Below, in pieces: positions 42,270 to 56,401 of a stretch of DNA of 64,000 nt. Below the pieces are notes generated by a model. It had not been told where the DNA came from. It ran no database searches and saw only the letters and a list, made by a program, of their open reading frames with translations. Both the position numbers and the translations under genes were made by a program. This stretch comes from Chrysomallon squamiferum (lineage: Eukaryota > Animalia > Mollusca). Location: positions 45,570,001 to 45,634,000 of the forward strand of contig CM022665.1 in the NCBI GenBank assembly GCA_012295275.1, given 5' to 3'. Each line of letters begins with the position of its first letter. Position 1 is the first letter of the stretch.

Positions 42270-44424
42270 TATTATTATTATTATTATTATTAGTATATAT
42301 ATTTTATAATTTATTTTTACAACATACTTAACAGTATTGTATCGGTATTGGTTTTCTACTGCATTCATTTTAAACGCACATAATAATAAGTTTACAATTT
42401 ATTTGTGATATCCACTGGATTGTTCATTAGTTAAATTTATATATACACAGACTGACAGACAGACAGAAGCACACACATTTTCTTTTAGACATAAATATCA
42501 TTTGTAGCAAATCATTCCAGCAAAAAAAAATGTACAAACAAAATATTTGATTGCAAAACCATTTTAAGATAATGATGAATACAAAGATAGGAATTATAAT
42601 TATAAGGACTCCATTAAAATACAAAAACAATAAAAAAATAAAAATAAAAAAATAAAAATAATATTTTGGATGTGATGAATGCTGAAGTACAAATTTACAA
42701 GTATAATGTAGTTTGATATATATAATAATCATTTAGACCTGTGACGTAAAAATATGAATTTTAAAATCTAATGTATACAGATTAATAAACATAACTGGTT
42801 TTTTTTGGACTTAGTTCATTTACAAGAAACTGTGACTATGCTGGAATATGTTACTGTACTGATTGATAGTTGATCTGGAATCATTGAAGTATGGAGATGT
42901 GGATATTTGATTCTGTATTGTTTGAATTGATACGAATGTGTTAATTTGCTGTTTGATTCATTGTCATTTGAACTGTGATACTAGATAATATGAATATTCA
43001 AGATTATTATTTAATGTGATAAATATAACTGTGTTGTGAAAGAAATAATTTTAAATTAGTGTATATTAATAAATATCACCATTTGAATTTGTTTGTCAAG
43101 AGATAAATTTGAATTAATTTTGAGTTTAATAAATATCATCATTTGAACTTGTTTGCCGAGATATAAATTTGAATTAATGTAAAGATAAATATTATTTTTT
43201 TAATTAATATACTGAGATATAAATCTGTATTAATGTGCATATTGTACACCGACAAATTTGAATTGATTACAGACTGATAAGTATTAAGAGATATAAATTT
43301 TAATTAATATACAGAAAATAAATGTTATTTTTTTACATGATGATTCAGAAATATGAATGTTGATGCAATAATGTTATTTGTTATTTATTCCTCATAACAG
43401 GGCATTAATATATATATTTTAATTGTTTATTTTAACTACGCACATTGTAGATTACTTCTATAACAATTACAATAAAAATTTAAATTTTTTAAAATACAAT
43501 TCTCTGTTTAAAATGAAAATTTTTGTTGAATAAAAGAATCAAAAGAAGTGGTGTTTGTTTATTTATATTTTTGACAGTTATTTATATACTTGAAAACAAA
43601 GTTTCCGCTGGGTCACTTCAGCAATTTACTATCCTTATTAACACAGAAGCAAACCTCTTTATAACGCCCCTCAGTATACCGCCAGAAAGGCTTGAACACC
43701 GATCGTCGTTAAACTTGTATAAATGTACTCGGTTTTACCGCTCTCCGCTTCCCGCCATCCGCCATCCGCAGACGTTTCGTGCGACAAACACGAACGCAAA
43801 CGCGTGGTAAAATTATCCGATAAACCGCCATCACCCGATTTTGTCTACGATTATAAATCATGAAGCAAATCAAGTTTCATTTTGTGTCATATTTTAAGAA
43901 TCAGAAAATTATAATAAATATTTTTTTTTATTATCTAGTTATTTTCAAAGACTGCAGAGGAAATCAGCTTGACACAGCACTTCCAGAACAGATTTTAAGT
44001 TCTTTGCTGTTATCAGGTTGGTACAATTAGGGGTACTTCTTGTACCTGCCAACTGCCCATTCAGTGAAAGTTCTTCTAACAGTTTTAATTATTTTGTGAC
44101 GTTAAATTACCCGAATAGATGTATTTCAGTTACTTTATAAATGAAAATGTTACCTAATTCTGTAAAAGAACATCTTCCACCTTCAACATGCACTGATTCC
44201 CTCATATGAGTGACTTCAAAATAAACAAAAAAAAAAAAAGGTGAAAAAAAGAACATGCAAAGGTGATTCAAAGAAAGATTGTATTATTATAATTATCATC
44301 ATTATTATTATTATTATTATTATTAGATTATTATTATTATTATTATTTAAATATATACAGTTAATAGATGACTACGCTAAGCAAACAAGCAAACAAGCAA
44401 GCAAACAAACAAACAAACAAACAA

Positions 44425-44455
<31 letters not shown>

Positions 44456-45181
44456 TAATAATAAAACTGTAATCGCAAAAACTGGAAAATTTGCTTCTCA
44501 TGTTAAACGAATTCTTCCAACTGAAAGTGTTTGTACACTGCTCTGGAATGTCGTCGTTTATGTTGCCATCGTTCATGATGTCCAGCGGTGACACGTTTTT
44601 CATTTTGCATTAAGCTTCCTATTAAGGTAAATCTTTCTGACGTCTAATACACAGACCCTTCTCTACATTGCCGAACACATAGCCCGTAGCAGTAACTCAT
44701 GTTTCTCATTAAGCATTTCTTCGCCGAGTCACGTGACCGATACATTACCCCCCCACCCCGCCCGCCATCTTTCTGTTAATTCGTTTTCCGAGTTTATGAT
44801 TTCCTGCTTGTTTTTCATTTTACCACGGAACGTTTTTTCGCACAGTACAGTCAGTCCATGTAAGAGTAATAAATATTATATAAAATTTAAACAGTCTTCA
44901 AGTTTATCGCAGTCAGATTTCTCACATGAAGTTTTGTGCAGGTTGCTTTGAACGCTTCAAGGGACATATTATTTGATTGCATAATGCCAGATATCAACAA
45001 GTTGCATAATATTTAATATATTAATTTTTCAAAATATTGTACAAAAAAAAAAGGTTAATAATTTTTTGACCTAACAGTTTTATTTTTAAAGAGCATCAGT
45101 AATATCTTTCATGCCCCAAAAAAAAAAAAAAAACAACAAAAAAAAAAAAAATTCTGATTAAAAATCGGAAGGGTATTTTAA

Positions 45182-45289
45182 ATTGTGCACAATATATATT
45201 TTATTTAATTTTAATTTTAATTTATTTATTATTTTTAATTTTTTTTAATGACCTTTTATAAAGGAATAATAAATAAATAAATAAATCAA

Positions 45290-45321
<32 letters not shown>

Positions 45322-46372
45322 GATACCTACCTTATACTTTACACGATATACTGTATCATACGTAATTCGTTCAACATAGCCTAATGTAAAATAATTTGTT
45401 AGGATTCCTTGAATACATTTCCAAGACATCTGTTTGTTAATGTTTTAGTTGATTATTCCGTTGTTGTTGTTGTTGTTGTTGTTAATAATAATTAAGTTCA
45501 GCGATAAGAAATAAACATAAGCATATATTTATTTATTGGTTTGTTGGTTTGCTGATGGCGTCAAATATTTAGATACTAACTGATACTTATATGCTGTAAT
45601 CTGAATATTTGTTTTTATTTATTTATTTATTATTCCTTTATAAAAGGCCATTAAAAAAAAAAAAAAAAAATAAAAATAAATAAATAAAAATTAAAATTAA
45701 ATAAAATATAGATTGTGCACAATAATAAGGATGTCGGAAAAATTCGCTTCATGAAATTTGTTTTTTTAATGTTAATTTCTTTCTTTGTTTTTTTTTTTTC
45801 TTTGTTTCATATTCGATTATCCTGGCTTCATTTATCATAGCATTTTGGAGGGTGTCAGTGACCGTTTAAACGGGAGATTACTTATAAGTGTACAGTCTGT
45901 GTAAATATATTTTGTTTACTTTCCTATAATTGTTTTATTTACTGGTGACTAACCTTGCTTAACTAAAATTGCTGTAATAAAGTTTGACGGTCATATATCA
46001 AAACGTCGTTTGCTTCTTTTTTATTTTTCACTTATTTTATTTTATTTACAGTTCTTTAACCTTTCCACATAAGACTTGATGAAAAATACAAAGAAAAAGT
46101 GTCACGGATATATATTTATTGCTATACTTTATTATTAGACAAAGTTAGTTCTGTAGAATATATTTAGAAAACCTTTTTATTCTGACTATAAACATTATTA
46201 CAGATTCATTTCAACAAAACCAAATGTAACTTTATCTGGGAAATATTAATGCGTATGTGTATTTGATTTAAAGTTATCATATAATGTGATTTAAAAAAAA
46301 ATATATTAACATTTAAACAAAAAGGCCTTCAAGTAAAACGGATATGAATTTTAACTTAATTTTCAAACAAAA

Positions 46373-46403
<31 letters not shown>

Positions 46404-46677
46404 ACTCAAACGTACTATGATGTAATAAAATTTCATAGCATTTTTAAAGTGAAATTCAACGAAAACATTTAACTATTTGTACATAAATTCATTCAACTAT
46501 ATTAGTGCCATTTCGTTCACCTTTCACAATTTCAGTCACGTGGTTAAACGCCATCTATTGAAAAAAGGCAATGCACTTTTGTTCCTGCCCGTTGTAATAA
46601 TGAAATATTCAAATTACAGCATATAAATATCAGTTAGTATCTAAATATTTGACGTCATCAGCAAACCAACAAACCAA

Positions 46678-46712
<35 letters not shown>

Positions 46713-46930
46713 CTGCTTATGTTTATTTCTTATCGCTGAACTTAATGATTAATAACAACAATAACAACAACAACGGCAACTACAACATCATCAACAAAAA
46801 ACATTAACAAACAGATGTCTTTGAAAGGTGAAAAATGTATTCCAGCAGTCCTAACAAATCATTTTACATTAGGCTATCTAGAACGAATTACGTATGAAAC
46901 AATATATCGTGTAAAATGCAAGTAGGTATC
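45182..46930. repeat. Two interlaced long inverted repeats (A-B-A'...B')
   Basis: A (45182-45298) is the reverse complement of A' (45605-45723). B (45322-45610; gatacctac...ctgaatattt) is the reverse complement of B' (46603-46930; aaatattc...gtaggtatc). Confidence 0.85.
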
Positions 46931-47143
46931 GTTTATAAAATGTTGTGGTAGGAGTTCTGAAATCTAGTGAAGTACTTGTATTGCTTATAGCACTTTAGCT
47001 TAGATGCGTGATTCGTGGCAGGATCACTCTTCCACACCTAGCCACTTCCTCGTTCCAGACACTGCTCCACATATTGTTTGGTGTATATCTTACTGATTCT
47101 GACCGTGGGAAGGTGCATGTAAGGTACAGCTTATTGCTGATCG

Positions 47144-47230
<87 letters not shown>

Positions 47231-47850
47231 GTAATAACGATGCTGCTGATGATGAATATACTATATTGATGACAATGATAACGATGATGATTGTGATAAC
47301 CAAAGTGTCTTGAAGAGTCCTCAAAAATATTCCTTTCAATCATATTCTTTCCTCCCACATACATCGTAGATGCTTTATAAATTATCGCCGTAGTAGTTAC
47401 AAGTGTCTGTTTTGCTTGCGACGACAGCAATTGCTAAGACGTTCACTTCATCAGAATATAATGAAGCGCACGTCGCAGCAATTGCCGACGTCGTAAGCAA
47501 ATACAGACACTTCAACAGACGCTGAGTACGTGCCGCCTCGTTTTAGACATAACACATTAAAACACGGGAATAAACACGCTTGCCGTTTGAAACAGTCATT
47601 ATCGTTTGTTTCTCCCCATCACGTGACCATCGCTTCCCCAGGGTCACGTTAAAAACTCACCTTGTGGAGAGCTTTTTTTTTTTTTTCTTCACAAAGGGAG
47701 GTTAATTTGTTTCACGTCGTAGATGGTTTAACGACGCACCGACGACATCAAAGGCCTAATAGCTGTCAGGAAAACAGTGACGCTGATGAGGAGGATGCTA
47801 ATAATAGTCGCAGCATCCCACGCTGTGTCGCCATACGACGTTCGGACAAG

Positions 47851-47900
47851 ATGAGGACAACATCGATTGTACTGGTGAGTGCTTTTTTTCCTTTAACAGT

Positions 47901-47966
<66 letters not shown>

Positions 47967-49006
47967 GATAGTAATAATAATAATAGTAATAGTAATACTA
48001 ATCATAAAATGCTGATGTTGATGATAATGATAGTAACAATAATAATGATGATGACGACGATGATGCTGATGCTGGTGAAAATCATGATGATAATGATATG
48101 ATGATGTTGAAAATGATAACGATTACAGTTCTGACACATTAATTTAAAAAAGCCTGTGTACCAGATTGATGGCATAACAGTTATGAAAATTATGATGTTC
48201 ATTAACCATCTGCATGATGAGACACTTATGAATATCTATGAAAACGTTTTATACGTTATATATATATTTAAAACAAAGCTAACGAAAAGGATTGGTTGAT
48301 TATTCAAAAATGACCTATATCAGTTTTACTGAAACTATTATGAATGAAACATTATAATGTATGGAGATGTATTCGCCTTAGGATCCGTAGATCACTCGAT
48401 CGATCCTAATGAGCCGCCCTGTCCTGTTTCCAAGTTTTAAGCGTGTATCCTACATCTTACACAGAAATGTCCTTAGTATTCACTCTTCTGTTCCTGGCGA
48501 AAGTCACTTTAATTATTATAAACGATGACATGCTGACTGGTCTTACGACCGTTTATATCAGCTATCGTTCTGCTGTCGTTATAGTCTTACGTTACATTCT
48601 GATTATAGAAACATGTTCTAGTGCCATTAAGGATCAGTGTAGTCATATGTAACACGGAGTCATTGAATAACAGTTAGTATATACCAGTGTGTGTCGTATT
48701 ATAATAATACGTAATATTCAGACAGTAATCACTGATATAGTATATAACGTCAGGCTTAACAAAATGTCATGCTGGATGACATCTAACTACAACAACAGAA
48801 ACTACTACTACTTCTATTACTACTACTATAATAATAATAATTAACGAATGTTTTTATAAGTGAGTAATTTATACAGAAACAAATTTATAATAATAATAAT
48901 GATGATGATGATGAAGAAGATGATGATGATGATAATAATAATAGTAGTAGTAGTAGTAGTAGTGGTAGTAGTAGTGGTGGTGATAGCAGTAGTAATAATA
49001 GTAGTT

Positions 49007-49042
<36 letters not shown>

Positions 49043-50272
49043 ATAATAATAATATAAAATGACTGTATATTTATTATGTAGATATTCGTCATCATTCTGA
49101 GTGTTACGAATGCTCAGACAAGATCATCAACCATTGGATCAAGATGTCAGGTACGTTTTCACTTTTAAATATCTGTCCATTATATATATATATATACACA
49201 ACATAATACACACTACATCGTGTAATATTACACATACACCATTAGCGCGTACAAATTATGAGTTACTTAACATTAATTACGACGACTAAATATTCTAGAT
49301 ACTGTATTACGTCATCATTGTTGTAATGAATTTCTAAGTAAACTTTGACCGCACGATATGATCATCAAAACCTCGAGGGTCTATCGTAATTCAGGAGAAA
49401 AAAACAACAACAACAACTGTACAAGCAATGTTTTCGCTAGATAACTGGGTCAGAAAGAGACGTCAAAGGTTGAAGCTGGTTAATTTTTCATTAGTGAAAT
49501 GAAGGCTGGAAGCCTTAGCATGATTTGTGCACAGATCTTGACAGAAGAATCCACAGCTTTTGGCTGTCTCACGGAATTCAGTTTAGTTATTATACTGATT
49601 ATACTTGTCACATAGATCTTCTGTATTTACTTCCTGATTATACTTGTCATATAGAACCTCTATAACTTATTACAACTTAAAGCCTGTATTTTTTTAAATA
49701 TTTTTTATTTTGCTGTATATACATTGCTTGAACCAATAAACCATTGTCGTTACAGTAATAAAAAAAAAAAAATAAAATGAAATTCAGCTACCATGAGAGG
49801 TCAAAACAAAACTGTTCAGGTCTTGCAATAAATCGTCCTATTTTATTATAACGTCAGTGATATTTGAACATTTCTCTTACAGTACAGATGTCCTCATAAT
49901 TACGTCTGCAGATTGTACCCGATTCAGTGCAGAAAACCGCCCTGCCCTAGAAAACCGACCTGCATTTGTGAGTTTAAATCTGTCTTATCAGATAAATTAC
50001 CCGTTTTATTTTATCTTCATTTATTATTCTACAATTGACAGATACCATTTGCTGCTAATCGAATGGTTTCATTATCCAGGGTTGTATGTTTAAATATTAA
50101 TAAACGTTATTAATAAAGATGTACTTACTAATTCATATATATATATAAAGACTGTTAAGACAGAAATATGAAGTGTACCAAGTGTTTCTTTGCTATTTCT
50201 AAAGGAACATCAAGAAACATGAACAAATAAATAAATAAATAAATAAATAAATAGTAAATCTCTCTCTCTCTC

Positions 50273-50324
<52 letters not shown>

Positions 50325-50448
50325 TCTATATATATATATATAAGTTGTTTCGTCATTTAGGTGTTTCTGGTCAAAAAGACAACGGCAGTAGAAAACAATA
50401 TATCTCATCATTTGATCTTTATGATGATTATTAATAATAACAGTGATA

Positions 50449-50487
<39 letters not shown>

Positions 50488-50556
50488 TGCAAACAAAAAA
50501 CAATACGAAACCACTCCCAAGATACATGCAAAAAAAACCAAAATCAAACCCACAAC

Positions 50557-50588
<32 letters not shown>

Positions 50589-50619
50589 AAAAGAAAAAAA
50601 AAAAACTAAATAAATAAAA

Positions 50620-50650
<31 letters not shown>

Positions 50651-51083
50651 AACAAACCCCTCCCCCAAACAAACAATGAAGAAAAACAAAAGAATTATTT
50701 TTTTTTAATTTTTCAAAACTTTTATTTCAGACCCGCGAAGAAAACCTGGACTTTGCCCATTGGTCATCGTGCCGTTTCCAGGAATGTTCAGTCCGCAGTG
50801 TCACTATGACTACGACTGTCCGGACACGATGAAGTGCTGCAGTCATCCCAAAAGCCGCTGCCTGAGACCGTACAGGACGTCCGGACAGTGTCCGCGCTTC
50901 CCGCAGACCACCACGTGCGGCAGACGATGTGTCGACGACTTCGACTGCGTCAGAGGTCAGAGGTGTTGTCGTTTCCAGGAGTGTCGCGGAAAGTTTTGCT
51001 CACGGCCTGAGCGGATGGACTGGTACGATATGAAAAATTATATATCTCACTTTTTCGCACCCACGGGCGAACAAGAGACTTGA
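47851..51083 (+). CDS. WAP four-disulfide-core (WFDC/perlwapin-like) secreted protein 1, 176 aa
   Basis: Exons 47851-47874 (MRTTSIVL), 49082-49150 (IFVIILSVTNAQ..RCQ), 49883-49967 ([28 protein letters not shown]) and 50731-51083 with two WAP-type units (KPGLCP..C.YDYDCP..KCC..C.RP and SGQCP..C.DDFDC..RCC..C..FCSRP). Phases 0/0/1 match. Confidence 0.88.
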
Positions 51084-51403
51084 GGAAAGTAATTAGATGA
51101 TTAAAAAAAACAACAAAAAAACAACGTTTTAGTAATTGTTTAAGTAGTACGGGTAAGTAGAATAGAATTAAAAAAAAAAAAAAAAAAAAAAATCAGTGCG
51201 TGTTTAAAGGAAAGTAGAATGTGTAGCAAGATTCGTAAGTCTGAGAAACCAAACTGAGGAATTTAAAATTAATTTAAAAATAAAATTAATCTGTGCCAAT
51301 TTTTTTTAAAATTTAAAAAATAAAAAATTTATGACAGCCTGCCAGTTACCTCAGAGAGAATAATATTTTTAAAATTTTTTAAAATAATTTTTTTTTTAAA
51401 AAT

Positions 51404-51434
<31 letters not shown>

Positions 51435-52589
51435 TTATGACAGCCTGCCAGTTACTCAGAGAGAATAATATAAAAAAAAAAATACGAAGTTATAAAATTT
51501 CATGCTGAGAATAAAAATGGATATATATGTTTTTTTATTTAACTGTCCATTCCAATAACCGAGAAACTTAAATTTGCAACGTTCATATGGTAAATGTAAT
51601 GTTAATTGTGACCAGAGTTTATCATCGTCGAATCCAGAACACAAGAAATCAAAATACACAACTTTCTCACGGTTAATTCTCCGCTTGCTAATGCTGTTCA
51701 TCTTAACACAGAATAAGGTAAACATGACAGAATGAAAGATTAGTCTATTCAGTTAACTATGTCTGTGGAAAAGTGTTAATTATCACGAGACATAAAAGAC
51801 AGATCTTGTCCTTGACGTTTGTTTGCTTCAGCGACGAAGCTGATTTCCAGAAAACAGTTTTTGATTCAGAACTGAAAACAGACCAAGATGTGAATCTGTG
51901 GACAGTTATTTGAAGAATACCGTATCGACATTTTAAATAAAACCACATTTTAAACAATGTTTCTTTATTATTATTTTTTAAAATTTATTTATTTATTTAT
52001 TTATATTTTTTTTATCGTCTGGATTCTTTATAATTTATGTGTGATTGTGCTAAATACTTGTCACATTAACTTTCTCATGAAAATGAAAAATGACAAAAAA
52101 AAAAAAAAAAAAAAAAATAAAAAAAAAAAAAAAAACCCACCAAAAACTTAAAAGGTGAGCAAATGTTTTTCTTGCATATAAGATAAATTAGATTAATCCC
52201 ATAATTACTATTAGATTAATTTTTAGTATACTTTAACGATGATTGTTATTTTAAACGAAACAAATATACTAAAAGCATAATAACTTACAATGTCAATCGC
52301 CTCTTGTTAAACGGTGATGATCAAGAACAAATAAAATTATCTAAGATATAAAAGTTTGTTTGTTTTGTCTTTATTTATTTGTGAATTTTTGTGTGTGAAA
52401 CGTATGGGAACGAGAAATTTCTGTCTGTCTGTTCACCCATCCATGAGTCTCTCTGTCTCGTAATAACATTTATTTACACTTTACTTACATATAGACATAA
52501 TACTTTGATATATCAATAACATACTAACATACTAACGTATGCAATCATGCATATATATACACATAAACACATATATAAAAAAACATACA

Positions 52590-52872
52590 CACATACATAT
52601 AAGAATACACATAAATATATTCACACACACATATATTTAGACGTAATGACATATACATAAAAACAGATATATATATATATATATATATAATATACACACA
52701 TACATATAAGAACACACATAGATATATTCACACACACATATATTTAGACGTAATGACATATACATTAAAACAGATATATATATATATATATATATAATAT
52801 ACACACATACATATAAGAACACACATAGATATATTCACACACACATATATTTAGACGTAATGACATATACAC
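52590..52872. repeat. Three-copy ~110-bp tandem repeat with embedded (TA)n/(CA)n
   Basis: catacatataagaacacacatagatatattcacacacacatatatttagacgtaatgacatatac is repeated three times. Confidence 0.85.
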
Positions 52873-53244
52873 AAAAACACATATATATTATATATATAAA
52901 AAAGCAAGGAATAAACGTTTATTTTGTTTTTTCTTTCATCTACTGTCTCTGCATTATGTTTTTTAAGACAAGCTGTAAAACACGGACAATAAAAACACGT
53001 GTAGAAGTCAAACTCTGGTCAAAATGTCTGTTCAGCGACATAAACTCTCACACGGGCAAGCGAAAAAGACATCTCTTGCCTGTCACCTCCAACAGACAGG
53101 TCGGCACAAAGTGGACGACGTGTCGACCGGAGTGACAGAAGACAGAGTGGGCTGACACGACGTCAGAAACGTTGACGACCCCTAGCACTTAGCGGTGATA
53201 TAGGCTTCCAATGTGTGCATCGTCCGTCACGACAATCAGGTGAT

Positions 53245-53620
53245 ATGTGGTCGACAGCAGGCGTCTTGGTAAGCAGAGTCGAAACGTTTTTTTTTGAAAA
53301 TTTTATTTTAGTACTCTTTTATGTGTATTTTGTGGTCGTTTTTGCTGTAGTCGTTTATGCAAATGTTCTAGATTAAGGTTACCTTGGGGATGTTATCACA
53401 CAAAAGCTCGTGCAAAAGGTTCCTTGGCTTATACGGGTCTTCAGAAACTTCAGAAAGATTCCTTGTTTCTGACTGAAGATTCTGCAAGGCTCAGAAGTTC
53501 AAATGAGTTGATTATTTTTTTTTTTTGCGCAAAGCAGTTCATTTGGAAATGATGTTCTGGTAGTATTATTTCATGATGTGTTGGGTTATCAGTATTTGTT
53601 TCATGATATTATTTTAACAG

Positions 53621-53681
<61 letters not shown>

Positions 53682-55405
53682 TTGGATATATGTATGTATC
53701 TATTTATCTATCTTAGAACAATTAGCATTTTTACGGGTCTATGCGTTAATTAAAGGTGAATATTCTGTTTTGACGTTATTTAAGAAGATAATTAAAGATG
53801 AATATTATGTTTTGACGTAACTTAAGAACATAATTAATGGTAAATATTCCGTGTTGACGTAAATTAAGAAGATAATTAAAAGTGATTATTCTGTAATTAT
53901 AATTATTTTGTTTTCTTCCAGACATGTGTGTTCTATTTGACATCAGCACAGCAGACGACAAAAACAATAAATGATTTTCGACGATGTCAGGTATTTAATT
54001 TACATATTTGATTTATTTTAATCAAACGACATGGTATACATTGTCCTGTCTTTAAAAAAAAGTACTTTACTTTTCATTTCCTAATATCGTTATGTCAGTA
54101 TTAGAATTATTTGATTATAGTAATATACTAAGGAAGAATTATTATTTTAATAAACATACTGAATAATAAAAAATAAAATGGGATTTTAAAAACTGGATAA
54201 ATAATGGTTTATAAAGTAATATAAATCACCAATGATGAATGTATGGTTAAAAAATACTTCTTAAAGATTTCAAGAATTTTTGTGTTCATTTTATCTTTCT
54301 TTATAATTTTTTTTATGTAGCTTAGTGATATTATTCTGTATAGCATGGATTAATTTTCGATAACTAGTTTTCTCTCAGGCATTTCTATATTTACAGTATT
54401 TAAATTTGAAATAAGAAAATAATTTGTTCTTTCTCTCTCTGATTGGACTACAAAACCTAAAATCCGTAATTTAAGCTTATAATAATTTTTTAGAAAACAA
54501 AAATAAAAATTCATTGTAGCTTTTTCTATTTTTTTCTTTTATCTTGGTTTGTTTGTTTCATTTTTCTTTTGTTTACATACACACAAAAAAAAAACAACAA
54601 CAAAAAAAAAAAAAAAAAAAAAAAGAAAAACAATATCCCCAAAAATTAAATAACACAATAATAAGAAAAGAAACGAACTACAAGAAACAAAAAAACCAAC
54701 AACAACAAAAAGAAGAACAAAACAAACAATATAATATGTACACTTATCTTGTAGTTAAAATGTTCCTCCAGTGAAGTTTGCCGTCTGTATCCTCAGCAGT
54801 GTCTGAAACCTCCTTGTCCCAGAAAACCAACGTGTATATGTAAGTCTTTTGTCAAATAATACTATACCAACGTTACAAACTTATCAACGTGTATTTGTAA
54901 GTCTTTTGTCAAATAATACTATACCAACGTTACAAACTCACCAACAAGTCTTTTGTCAAATAATACTATGCCATCGTTACAAACTTACCAGCATGTATAT
55001 GTAAGTCTTTTGTCAAATAATACTATACCAACGTTACAAACTTATCAACGTGTATTTGTAAGTCTTTTGTCAAATAATACTATACCAACGTTACAAACTC
55101 ACCAACGTGTATTTGTAAGTCTTTTGTCAAATAATACTATGCCATCGTTACAAACTTACCAACGTGTATATGTAAGTCTTTTGTCAAATAATACTATACC
55201 AGCGTTACAAACTCACCAACGTGTATATGTAAGTCTTTTGTCAAATAATACTATACCAGCATTATAAACTTACCAATAATAACTTAAAAAAACAAACAAA
55301 AAATGAATATAATAGTTCGTTGTAATATGGGTTCATCGACTGTTTTGTCTGTTTATCTATCTGTCTGTCTGTCTATTATCTGTCTGTCTGTGTCTATCTG
55401 TCTGT

Positions 55406-55447
<42 letters not shown>

Positions 55448-55540
55448 GTCTATCACTCTGTCTATCTGTCTATCTATCTATCACTCTGTCTGTTTGTCTG
55501 TCTATTATATGTCTGTCTGTGTCTATCTGTCTGTTTATCC

Positions 55541-55584
<44 letters not shown>

Positions 55585-55589
55585 GTCTA

Positions 55590-55629
<40 letters not shown>

Positions 55630-55991
55630 GCTATCTATCTTTTCAATCCATGTATATATCAATCACTTCAGATCCTCGAAGCAAACCAGGCTTCTGTCCC
55701 ATGACCGTCGTGCCATTCCCAGGAATGTTCGGCCCGAGGTGCTACTACGACTACGACTGTCCAGCCAGGATGATCTGCTGCAACCACCCGGACAGTCGAT
55801 GCATCATGCCGGGCAGAGGCTCCGGACAGTGTCCGCGCAGTCAGCTGACCGCCCAGTGCAACGAGCCGTGTTCGGACGACTTCGACTGCCGGAGAGGTCG
55901 ACTCTGCTGTCTGTTTAAGGCATGTGGTCGTAAAGTGTGCGCCTGGCCCAGAACGCTGAGTCAGTTCGAAATGAGGGAATATTTCAAGTGA
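53245..55991 (+). CDS. WAP four-disulfide-core (WFDC/perlwapin-like) secreted protein 2, 165 aa
   Basis: Exons 53245-53268 (MWSTAGVL), 53922-53990, 54755-54839 ([28 protein letters not shown]) and 55672-55991. Exon sizes 24/69/85 are identical to protein 1. AATAAA follows the stop. Confidence 0.88.
54826..55277 (+). repeat. 57-bp minisatellite (~8 copies) beginning in WAP gene 2 exon 3 and repeating its splice donor
   Basis: Unit accaacgtgtatat|gtaagtcttttgtcaaataatactataccaacgttacaaactt. GTAAGT occurs at 54840, 54897, 55001, 55058, 55115, 55172 and 55229. One internally deleted copy lacks the donor. Confidence 0.95.
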
Positions 55992-56149
55992 CGTGGCGAC
56001 GGCGAATAAAGACGTTAAACGTATTCTTTACGTAAGTTCTTATCGTAAAGCGTGCGCTTTTACGTAGAACGCTGAGTCATTTCGTAATGAGGGAATGTTT
56101 CCAGTGAAATGGTGACGTCAAATAAAGACGTTAAACGTATTCTTTACGT
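55929..56149 (+). repeat. Tandem duplication of the WAP gene 2 3' end (last codons, stop, AATAAA)
   Basis: cgtaaag..gcgc..agaacgctgagtca.ttcg.aatgagggaat.tttc.agtga...aataaagacgttaaacgtattctttacgt occurs twice, ~115 bp apart. Confidence 0.85.
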
Positions 56150-56285
56150 TCTCTTACGTCAGTGCGTTTTGTTTCTGCTTACGGCGTGATTGTAATGTAA
56201 TGGCTTGGTTCGATGTCGTTTCAGTTGAATGTTATTGTTAATGAAATAAAATAAAAATAAATAATAAAAATAAATAAATTTATAA

Positions 56286-56333
<48 letters not shown>

Positions 56334-56370
56334 ATATATGTATAAATAAATAAATATTTAAATAAATGTG

Positions 56371-56401
<31 letters not shown>

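Noticed and set aside
54953-55267. 104-aa repetitive ORF ([14 protein letters not shown]..)
   Set aside because: A by-product of the 57-bp (multiple of 3) intronic minisatellite. It is not in the WAP reading frame and is opened by a non-ATG start.
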